From Lenisia limosa (taxonomy: Eukaryota > Protista > Breviatea), in assembly GCA_001655205.1 (NCBI GenBank), contig LPNZ01011617.1, positions 13,132 to 77,131 on the forward strand: a stretch of 64,000 nucleotides of DNA, in the 5' to 3' direction. Positions 38,001 to 48,726 of this stretch are shown piece by piece; positions within the stretch are counted from its first letter, which is position 1, and the number at the start of each line of letters is the position of its first letter. A program made the position numbers and the translations under genes. Under the pieces are notes generated by a model that was not told where the DNA came from, did not search any database, and saw only the letters and a program-made list of their open reading frames with translations.

Positions 38001-38588
38001 ATGGCTGTTTGCTTCCAAAGTCACAATAACCTGGACTAAGTAACTTCAAGAAATGGCTTTCAAAGAGTGAATAACTCGAAAAACAAAAAACACCGATATG
38101 AAAACGTTATTCCTGACAAAAGTGAAACCCTGTCAGTTCTCGGTAAAATCGGTACAAACCGTTCACACAGGAGCAAGAAAATAGTTAGCGGTTCAGCACG
38201 CACCTTATCCCAATCATTATGGGTCCTGACCTCGCCCAGGACAGAGTTGAAAGTAGCGTTGCCACTGGGAAGGTTCTGCGTGAGGAAGTAAAAGAGAGAG
38301 GGCCAGCATTATATCTCTTTCGTTTTGTTCAGGGTATTGGAGAAGAAACGGAAACAGAAACACTTACAAAGTATATGATGGTTGGGTCTGAACGGGCTGA
38401 CACGATGCAACTTTGCAATAATCCAAGGACAATATATAATGAAAGTAACCTCATTATGGCTGATGCTTGGATACTTGCTGATAAATATTAACAAGAGACG
38501 CAAATGTGAGAGACGCACGGACTATATACTGTATATCATATACGGACGGATTTCAAAGGTTCACACCGAGTCCGAGCCGAGCACCTAG
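35040..38588 (+). CDS. Hypothetical multi-exon gene of unknown function (ends approximate; could be decayed)
   Basis: Series of GT-AG-bounded open exons, e.g. RFRRLKETIHSPLSTQIRQTKF, DEVALQFQANLLGVADKNRAGIIIVAKPGTEL, YPDVESSEVKTALEMSNLLDEC, VTEEWDAVTGTFLVGVFDYIMSTM. No clear start codon. Confidence 0.45.
36196..36388. repeat. 32-bp minisatellite x6 (intronic)
   Basis: Unit aattcatgttggatctgagcggtcaatggaac, head-to-tail with no spacers. Confidence 0.92.
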
Positions 38589-38784
38589 CCTCCATCCCTC
38601 TCCATTTTTTCGGCATACGTCTGTAATTCTGATCATTCTTTCATTGCAAAATCACTGACTGACAACCTGACAAATGACAAGGGTAGTTTTGCAAAAGTTG
38701 GATGCGAAGCGCTGGTGTTTAACATCCACATTTCTTTTCTTTCATCAATATCGAAACGTGAAACAAAGGAAAACCATAGCTACT

Positions 38785-41743
38785 TTACACCTTGGCAACC
38801 TGTGAAGAGTGAGCAACCACAAAGAAAGTTCAATAACAGATAATAAAGTAGAAGAATACTAAACCCAGTCTAAATATAACTAATAGGACGAGACCTGAAG
38901 AAAGCCCGCCCACGGCAGCCTCGGGGTCCTGTTGAGGGAGCCACTTAGGCATTTCCACGCCTTGTCCCTGCAACATGTCCATCATTGGGGGGAGAGAAGC
39001 GGCAAGGCCACGAATAGGTGCCATGGGATCAGTTTTGCCAGGCTCTGTGGAGATCAAATATTATCCAAAAACAAGATATCAACCGAACAAAGATCACCAT
39101 CGTACCTCCACCAGTGTTCCAAATAGTGACACGAGGGTTAAGGCCCTTAATTGCTTCAGCAGAATACTTTGCGAGGGTAGGATAGAGGTTGGCCTTCTAC
39201 ACCGCGTCAGCAATGAAATGGAAAGCCCAAAGCAAAGCAACTTAGAGCTCACCAGTCCAAGAGAGAACTGTGCAAGCTGTGGGTTGTTCTTTGAAGCAGC
39301 CATGATAGCCTCTAGTCCGGCAGCCTGGGCCTCCAGCTCAGTGCGGTTCGCCTCGGCAATTCGCTAAAAGGTAAGACAACGAATGGGGATCAGGATATCA
39401 AGAAGCGCAGTTGTCCCACAGAGAGTCTGTAAAGCTCGGCTTCGGCCTCGAGTTTCTTGGCACCGGCATTACCTTCAGCAAGTTTGATTTCAGCCTTGGC
39501 CTTACCTAATACGTTAACTAAATAGGGACAAGATTGTTCATATTAGCAGCCTTGTGGTCCCAAAGAAAGATTCTTCATATTAGCAGCCTTGTGGTCCGAA
39601 AGAAAGCTTGTTCATATTAGCAGCCTTGTTGTCCGAAAGGAAGATTGAGTTTCTCGATAAATCCTCGAAAAGTTTTCATGTTTTTTTGTTTTTGTTTTTT
39701 TTTAAAGTGAGGCCCTAACTGCTACAGCCTCTCACCATCAGCTTCGGTAACGTCAACTTCTGCCTGAACACGGGCGCGTGACATGAGGTTGGCACGTGCC
39801 TTCTCGATCTCAGCCTGTTGCCTCTTCTGCTCAAGCTGAACGTCCAATTCTGCCTTGCGAATCTAAAGTGTGACAAATACTGGCCCCTATCTTTGTATAT
39901 CCTTTCAATACCCCCCCCCCCACCATGGCGGCAGTTTTCCCTTCAATATCGGCAACATCGGACTTTTTCTTATAGTCGGCACGGGCAACGGACAGCTCCA
40001 TGTTGGACTCGGAAACCTAGTGTATGAGAATGAATGTGCAACCAGCATTTCATTGTTTTCTATCATTGTCGATTTTATTATCTTTCTATTATATCATGAT
40101 GAATAAATCCTTCCACAAGAACTAGCCAACCTTGATTTTACGTTCGTTCTCACTGGCAACAGCGTCAGCTTCAATACGAGCGACCTCCTTCCGAGCCTGT
40201 GCTACACAAATATCATTTTATACTTGATGACTATACTCGAGAAAATGCTGAGAAGTTCAATCGATACTTGAGAAAGCGTAGAAGAGAAAAAGAAGACTAC
40301 CTTGTTTTTCCTTTTCTCCGATATCACCACGACGGCGGGCCTCAGCAACCTGGGGGTAAGTGGCACCAAAGAAGAAGGGAACAGAAAATAAAGAGAATCG
40401 CCTACTTCGACACGCGAGTCATTGACAGCACCCTCGAGAGCCTTCATGCGGCGGTACTCTGCAATGTCAGGGGGAGGGGAGAGCAAAATTGGAAAATCTA
40501 TGAAACAAAAAAAAAGCCCAAAATTAATGAAAATAGAGGTATAATACGACGAGGAAGGGGGGGAGTAAAATCATTTCTATCAGTTTAACTTTTTGAAAAA
40601 ACGACAAGAAGGTTTGAAAAAAGAGAGCCGTAATGGAGGAGGTGATGGGAGGGAGATCTTTATTGGTTCCATAATCTTTAAATTCCAACTCACTGAAATA
40701 TTCAGATCCTTGCATATCAGACATTTCTTCGATGTTTGCGTTGAAAATGACCAATCCAAAAAGATCGAGATCAGCCTAGAGATGTATGACAAGAAGAACG
40801 GTGTGATATGATGTTATTTGAGACATTAGACAGAAGGAGAATGCCAACCTGGATTCTGGTGTTGACATTCTTACGGAACTTGTCCTTGTCACTGAAGATC
40901 TCCACTAGACGGTTGAGAAGAAGAGATAGCTTGTGTACAAGGCATAGAGGCTTACTGATAGTGAGAGACGCACAGAGAACACGGAATTCACCCTGGATAA
41001 CACCAAGAACAGTGTTCTAAACATATAAGACCAGCCATCTGAAGAGCAAGGATTCGAGCTGTAAAGGAAACCCAAAAACCTGAACTTCTTCGGGTTGCAT
41101 TTTAGACATCATAAGGGCATAGTTCTTGAAAGCCTAAAGTTTAAGACACAGCAGATGTCTTTTTTCAAATGAAACCCGAACCTTATTCTCAATTATCTGG
41201 CTAGACTACTTAAGTCTTACCTCGGGTCTCTTGGGGTCGGGCTTGCATGGGCCTATAAAGTCATAACAGCATCCGAGGACAAGACAATGCGAGTGTCAGT
41301 TCACCATCATACCAATAGTAAAGGACACGGGAAGCTCGAACTCAACCATCTCCTTTGACATATTCACCAGTTGGAAACTGTAGTTGTGGGGCTGAAGGAT
41401 GGTCATTTCAATTATGGAGTGGCAAAGATGTCGGCAAAGATGTCGGTTAACAAAGTTTCAAAAAAGCTTACTTTCATATCCACGTAAGAAACCTTTTGGA
41501 AAGGCATACGAAAACCTGGGGAAATTATTTCAAAGAAGAGAGCAGGATCACAAACCTTTCTTAGCAATACTCATATCCTTTATCATTAGACCCGTGAAAA
41601 CAGCATATTGGGACGGAGCGCAGACCTATAAGATGAAATATATCATTAAAAAACTCCGAACTAACAATGTATCTGCTGAAAAGGTAGAGAACTATAAGCA
41701 GCACTACCACTGCTACAATGATATACACCCAGAAATCTGCCAT
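38785..41743 (-). CDS. Flotillin-like SPFH protein with an N-terminal hydrophobic anchor
   Basis: SQYAVFTGLMIKDMSIAKKG; PHNYSFQLVNMSKEMVEFELPVSFTIG; VLGVIQGEFRVLCASLTI.EIFSDKDKFRK; NANIEEMSDMQGSEYF; AEA/EA-rich coil; ISTEPGKTDPMAPIRGLAASLPPMMDML. Resembles plant/fungal flotillins. Confidence 0.9.
39536..39646. repeat. 37-bp tandem repeat x3 in a flotillin intron
   Basis: Unit gttcatattagcagccttgtggtcccaaagaaagatt. Confidence 0.9.
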
Positions 41744-42146
41744 TTTCAAGATTCGGGGAAACGTCCCTCAACTTTTTGAATTCTAATCTACTTGCTTTTC
41801 TTTTGTTCTCAATATCTCTATCAGCTTTCACGTGAAACTTTGAGACTGCTTTGAGACATTTTTCAGAATTGATAACCATTGATCATCAAGATCACGTAAC
41901 TACAATCCTCAGCCCTCCCAGCCTCAAAAAAGTAGTTTAAATTAATACACTAGATTACATTGTTGATAAGTAACTTTATTTTGATATATAATACCAAATC
42001 AATTGCTTTAATTCTAGGTAAGCAGGGACTCTGCTTCTAAACTTCTTCTTATCGCTACGATTGCAATATTTTTATTGATTGTGGTGATTGTTGAATTTAT
42101 TGGCTTCTCCCTGTGTATGCTTTATTCACAGTGTCACTGTTTTAGC

Positions 42147-45100
42147 ATGGCTGACTCAGTTCCATTAGAAGCGGTTGATGATGAAATTACCAATGATTTT
42201 GTTGGAAACTTTGATGGACTGGCTATTGGTTTGTGTTCTGGTACCCGTTTTTCTAATGTCATTTAGGCAGGGTAGGCACGTATACTGAAGCAGCTTACAC
42301 GAAGAAAGATGAGGGTTACGAATGGTTCGACGTGCTGGATGATATGTTCGAACACCACAGACGTGAGGATGGATGTCAAGGTCTTTTGTAAGGAAAGATG
42401 TTTATATATTATATCATNNNNNNNNNNNNNNNNNNNNNNNNNNNNNNNNNNNNNNNNNNNNNNNNNNNNNNNNNNNNNNNNNNNNNNNNNNNNNNNNNNN
42501 NNNNATGTATATATTATATACTATGTAATATGTACTAAATATCAGAAAGTACAGTGTATATAATATGTGATATGTAATATATTCCCTCATATAAGATATG
42601 TTGAATGTTTTTCAGAAAAAGAACAATACAAGAAATACGTTCTGTACAGAGAAGATTGAAATAACTAAACAAAAAGCTATATTGTTTATATCCTATTCAG
42701 GGAAGATCATGTATATTTACTTGATTTCTATTTAACAGTGTAGAAATGGCTGAGGGGGAGGTTTTCCAATCTGAGAAGATGAAGTCTGAAGATGGTCTCA
42801 ATGCTATCCTGGTTGGTTGCCACAGTTTCTAAATTTGAGAGTTTTGAATGAAATGTCCCTTATTTCTAGATGGGAGACTCCAAGATGGACTTTGGTGCTT
42901 TGACAATAGATTATCCTTGTATTGAGGACTTAATCGAAAACTCTCATCCAGACACTAATGTTTGAGGGGTGCTTTCTTAACTTTTCAATCAAGAGGGGTT
43001 CATGGACTGGATACTAGCTGGATGGAAGGGGTTCATGGATTTTACTTTACAGGAGGCTTTGACATGGCCAAATACTAAGATGATTTCCCCAGCCCCCGCC
43101 TCAACTTTTGACAACATTCTGCCCATCCCAATAAGAGGTAACTCGCGCAATCTATTGTTTTTAACAAGTTTTTTTATAGTTAACATTGCAGATATCCCCC
43201 CTGCGTGTAGGCAGCACCCGACGTCGGAAGCGTTCCTCAATCTTGCTCCTAATGAGGTGGAAATGGCTGCCATTTTCGATCGTCTTATTGCTGCCATGGT
43301 TGGGGGGGTGCTCCAGTCAGTATTTCCAGCCTTCTTTCACTGTGGTACAAAACAGTGATTGAAGCATACCTGCTTTGCTTTTTGTGCCCAGATAGATTTC
43401 ATTACCTAACCTCTGCAGGTACGCTGGAGCGATGGGATGCGGTGCTGCAGAAGCCACTAGCCTGGCTTTGTTTGTTTTGCTGTTATCAACCCTCGTGTGC
43501 TGTCAGCCTACAGAGTTTTTTTTCTCATAAATTTTCCAANNNNNNNNNNNNNNNNNNNNNNNNNNNNNNNNNNNNNNNNNNNNNNNNNNNNNNNNNNNNN
43601 NNNNNNNNNNNNNNNNNNNNNNNNNNNNNNNNNNNNNNNNNCCGATTTTACACAATTTACAACTTCCTCCCAGCCCACTTCTTTGCATCTCCGGAACTCT
43701 GTGAAGATTACAACGTGCCATTCCGAGGTACTTCTCTGGCATGTACATATTATTATTTTGGGAATTGTATGAACCAATAGGATCCTCTGACACATCTTCT
43801 TCCGTGCCATCCTCCGAATGCCGAATCGCATGCACGTGTCGGGTAAAATGCCCGGGCCTCTGTAGACGCACTCGTCTATTGCAGAATGTCAGTTTGTTGT
43901 TCGTCCGCTTAGCCTCTACGACCGTCAACCTCATCATTGACGCAGCAATTTGTGAAGTATGTGGCAAGCTCAATCCTGCTTCTTTGTAATTCTGACACTG
44001 CAGGAGGAAGATTTTCAGAGCTGCAATGGAGGACTTGGAGATGCTAGCCATTTGACGAGAGCCATGGTTTGCTTCTCACGATGTGCAATTGGATACAGTG
44101 CCAATTTTCAAACTTGATGTTTCTTGCCTTTAAAGTTTCTGAGGGTTTACTATTAAGGCTGAGAGCCTCTTCAAAGAAGCTGAAGAACTTTCGGCTGATT
44201 CTGGTGACGGGGGTGATAGAACGCTCTCCCAAGTTGTTTTAACTTTTTAGCGCAAATCACATCCCGACTGACTCTCTTCAAAGCCCTTTTCAACATAATT
44301 GACAACAGTGTATCTTTTATCCCTACTGTAGGATGGGGGCATTATCACAAGGACAGTTCTCGTCGACTCTTTTGGCTCATATTCTCTTTTAGGCTGAAGC
44401 TTTCAATATGATCTTTGCTGACATTGCTGTGGCGCAACCCTTGATATTCTCCATCCTTTCCTCACGTTCCACTCGCCCTTGTCCTTGCACGTGTGTTTGG
44501 TTCTCAAATTTGGATATATTACTACTAATAGCACTGATCATCAGTTGTGTTCCTGTCTTTAGCCATTCTGACTCCCTCCCCACAGATCTACAGATTCATG
44601 TTCATGCGCTGCACACTGCAAAAGTTGTCCACCACCCCGCATTGCTCACAAAAAGAAAAAGAAGGGTGCTAAGGTGGGATGTTAGTCTTCATCCTTATGG
44701 GAGAATTGTTTTCCGTTTTTCAGTGCTCTATTTTCCCCATTGTACCATCTCTTATTTTCATTCCTTACCTTTCCTTCCTCTTTTTTCTTTTTCATTCCTC
44801 AGGTCACAGCCATATCAGTTGCAGCAATTGAAACAAATCGTGGATGGGATTTTGGAGATGGTTGGCTTGACCATGGTCCTGCAGGCTGTTGGAACAAGGT
44901 CCAAGTTGCTGGTATGACGGGAAGTGGATTGACCGTTATGAACTTCAGACTCACATATTAGGAAACAATATGATGCTCACTCCTCGGCGATGCCTCTTTC
45001 CAAACATAGAGCAGGTTGGTGGTTCAACAGTTGCCACTCGCCCAAAGAAGTTACTAACAAAACTTAACCAGGCGTTTGCGGCGTTGAAGAGTTTCCTTGG

Positions 45101-47290
45101 TGACATCAAAGACAGTCTTTCCGCATGTCTCTCCATCAACTCAACTTTCACGTGAGAACCGTTTTTACCACCCTCCTCCCATTTTTATCAGTCCTTATTG
45201 TTTCAGTTTACTGGAGAAAATGGATGCAATTGGCAGACGACCAAACATTTGTATCGTTGCGAAGAGCATTGTTGCTGTACGGATCTGTTTTAATTTGCTG
45301 ATTGACTATGTAGCGTCTCACTCTCCAAGAAGCTCTTTTAGGAAGGGTTCATTCGTCAGAGATTATTTTCCAAGATCTTTGTGTTGGTTATTCTGCTCCT
45401 CTCCTAATCCCTCCTCCAGCACTATTTCTCAGCTCCTCCAGACACACGGGAGAAGGAGGGTATTCCTGAGTTTCTGATGCATATTGCAGAGGTTGGGACT
45501 CCTTGCAATAGATTAATACTAATTGATGATAATTAAATTTTGTAAAAAAAAAAGCTCAATTGTTAAACTGAAGAGGTAATCATTTAAAGAATGAATATTA
45601 TTGCATAAAATTAGGAGCAGTTTTAATAATTGCCGCGGCAATTAATTAAAATGAGCTCTTGTTTTTCTTCTGCCAAGTCTTCTACTTCTCTTTTACTTGC
45701 CTCACCGCCAAGCTTGTTGAATGGCTGGCCAAGGCACGCTTGGTCAACCCGGGCCGACTTCGACCGATTTCCTCGTGTGTCCTCCCCAACCTCAATGATA
45801 TATACCAAAAAGTGTGTGATGTTGAGCTTCTCCAAGTATTCATTTTTATTTAATCATCAGAGCAAAACTATTGACGAAAGGTTTGGTCTCGAATCGCGGC
45901 CGTTCGCAACTTTTTCAGCCTGGTTGTGTGCTGACACCTCGGAGGTATTTGTCCGTTCCGCCCTGCCTGCTGGTATCTTGGCTCCCTGGGAGATTCCTTA
46001 TCATGCCTGGTTTGTTGGCTTGGTTCTTATATGTTATGACGGTTGGCATATAGATTCTATCATGCGATGCCTGAATAGCAAACTGTCCTATGAAGTGACT
46101 GCTAGGTGACTGCTGGATTGACGTACTGACAGCGCAGGTACTTGGAGCACATTAGTGGCTTTAAAGCCCAGGTGTTCAACAGCCTTCAAGATGGATGCTC
46201 CGACCGCTTCCTACCCATGTTACCGGATGTTTCAACAGGTTTGGTCAGCGTAAGGTCTGACACTTCAGATGTGACCCCTCTTCCTGCTGGATTGCTGATC
46301 CCCATTAATCAGCTTTTGTCCCAAGGCTTTTGTAGAGTATGAGGAGGAGTGATAGTATCACAATTTGCAAACTAGAACTTTCATGTTTTATTCTTTTTAG
46401 TTCAGTATTGCCATGGAAGTTGGCAACTGGATCACCACACCCTCATTCAAGGTATTTTACACTGGTTCAACATCCTCTTCGATTTATTGATCTAATACTT
46501 GATTGGGTTTTTTTTGGTTCATAAATTTTCCATTTTATCCACTTCCCTCAGGTCAACACATGGGATAAGGCCTTTTTCCTGCGCTTCCGCCATCTTTATC
46601 AAATCGAAACACCGCCCCCAGTCGGTAAGCTTCCTCATACATTGTTAACTAGGACTCTGTGCAATGAATTGAGGGAAAAAAAAAANNNNNNNNNNNNNNN
46701 NNNNNNNNNNNNNNNNNNNNNATTTACCATATCCAGAGTTCAGCCGAGTTCGTCAGTCAGTTAACTGGTCAAAACTCAGTGTAAGTATCTTGCTGGTTTC
46801 TGACTTATGTCCATGTAGTATTATATCATTTCGATTAATAACTCTAGACGATGAGCATGATGAAATATGCGTTTGATTCCTTCAGTAAAGCTCAAGATGT
46901 AAGCTATGTGCTGATGATCCTAATTCTCAGGCATGTGACGATCCTCTAAAGAGATGCTCGTGCCCTTTGATCAAAACTCAGATCAGTCAAGCTTCAAGGG
47001 TTGGGAGGGGTGGACCTATTTCAGCACAAGAAAAAGTAGTTACATAGTGACATTTCAGGTTGCCAAGGCAATGAGCCAACATATTGTTCTTCTCACGTCT
47101 CAAATATCACGCCACCCTCTTTCTGATGTTTTCTCCGCCCCTCGACCAAGACCTGCCCTCGAGGTTTGTTATGGTGTTGACGGCTTTGGTCTGAACGGTG
47201 TTGACGGCCTCAGACTGAGTCCAAAGATCCACGAGAGCTGAACCCTCCAAACCCTTTCCCAGCTATGCCCAAGCCTGAAATCACGTAGGC
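42147..47290 (+). CDS. Large hypothetical multi-exon gene, family not recognised (3' end approximate)
   Basis: MADSVPLEAVDDEITNDFVGNFDGLAI|GRVGTYTEAAYTKKDEGYEWFDVL. Over 20 further GT-AG exons, e.g. RFYTIYNFLPAHFFASPELCEDYNVPFRG, VFYFSFTCLTAKLVEWLAKARL, VNTWDKAFFLRFRHLYQI. Confidence 0.55.
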
Positions 47291-47578
47291 CTAGTGGTGG
47301 ATGTGAAAACAACAGAACTGTTTTAATAGTTTTAGATTTGAAATTAGTCCGATTTGGCCCGTTATTACTCTCAAACTTCCGAAGGACTAATTGTTATGTT
47401 CTTTTCTGTTACTTACGCTGTGTCGAGCGACACCCTTCGGTTGGAGTGTAGTTCTTGGTATTTTGAAAGATCATTTCAATTACACGTACAGAGCAAACAC
47501 TTTATTCAGGTGCAGATCATCTTCATCATTGATCATGTCTGCAAGTTAACATACCAATAAATAGACCAGCCCGAGCTG

Positions 47579-48140
47579 CTAGAACATGACGGAATCTTCC
47601 TCGTAAAACGTTTCCTGTGGATAGCCTTCCAAAGGGGGTGCGAAGTCATCGGGATAGTGCCTGCTTTTGTGAGATGGGTTGAAGAGCTTGGAATGAGGGA
47701 TATAAAAATTGAAGCACTCCCTCCAACGTATTAAAAGTAGGATTTGTTGTTTCAAACTGGCCTGGCTCTTCAGGGGGAAACTCTGGTGGAGGCTCATTCT
47801 CAGTTGGTGTTTCATAACTTGGCATGGGAAGTTGAATATCCGACTCTTCTGGACTTTCGGATTTAGGCTGAGTTATCCGTATCTTCGTATCTTCAATAAG
47901 CCGTGCGAGCGGGCCTGGGATATGAGTGCCAAGTCAAGGTTTATGCCAGACGCACCTGGTATGCAACCAGTTTCATGCAAAGCTGATGTGAAGTCCTTAC
48001 AGACAAGTGGAGGGTCACCGGGGGCAGTTCGTGACGAAATCAAAATCGTTCCATCCAAGTTTACCTATTTGGTCAGACGAAAAAGGTTCTTGAAAAGTTC
48101 CGCTTACTTGGATTGTGAGCGAACAGAGACGCCCGGACAT
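47579..48140 (-). CDS. Small hypothetical protein (~150 aa, 4 exons, Pro/Glu-rich C-half)
   Basis: MSGRLCSLTIQ|VNLDGTILISSRTAPGDPPLVCKDF..|GPLARLIEDTKIRITQPKSESPEES..|LFNPSHKSRHYPDDFAPPLEGYPQETFYEEDSVMF*. Confidence 0.55.
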
Positions 48141-48209
48141 GTTTGGATGATTGAACACCAAGCCCAGTGACGTGGCACATGACGTCATTACTTCCACTCT
48201 AGACAGTAA

Positions 48210-48703
48210 GGGCGCGATTGCTTTTTTTTATTAAAAAGAGTTAAAAATTTTAAGTGAGCGATTGATAAAATTTGTTAAAATTATTTTTGTACCAGTAGAG
48301 TTTTACTTGAGACATGATCCACCATCATCTCTGTAGACATGGTCCACTAACGCAGAGAAGGCCTCAGGCCCAACACGGGCGACTCTTCTGAAGCCACTCT
48401 CAGAGAGACTTGATATGATTGACAACATTAAGACCAAACTGTTTAGGGGAAACAATACCGGCAACAGATTCTGCAATGACAGGGATCTTTGAATACTCTT
48501 CGGACTCCGCAAAAACACAACAGCAACCCCAGTTACAACAGTAAAGACGGAGACCATGGCAAGAGACAACAAAGTAAAATGTTGATGAAGTGAATGCATT
48601 TAATTAAAAAAATAAAATAAAAATCAATCGCTCACATAAAATAAAAAATAAAAAATAAAAAAAGGGAAAACAATTTATAAAAATATAAAAATCAATCGCG
48701 CCC
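48210..48703 (-). mobile_element. PIF/Harbinger internal-deletion derivative (494 bp)
   Basis: TIR GGGCGCGATTG at 48210 and its inverse at 48693-48703. Subterminal GTGAGCGATTGAT at 48254 and its inverse at 48623. Flanks TAA/TGA. The internal minus ORF contains LSESGFRRVARVGPEAFSALVDHVY, like the Harbinger N-terminal F...FRM....F..L motif. Confidence 0.75.
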
Positions 48704-48726
48704 TGAGGGTTATTTATGACACACGC

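Noticed and set aside
46856-46914. ATGATGA...CTGA resembling a box C/D snoRNA
   Set aside because: It coincides with an open exon (TMSMMKYAFDSFSKAQD) bounded by ctag| and |gtaagc, and no recognisable rRNA guide or terminal stem was found.
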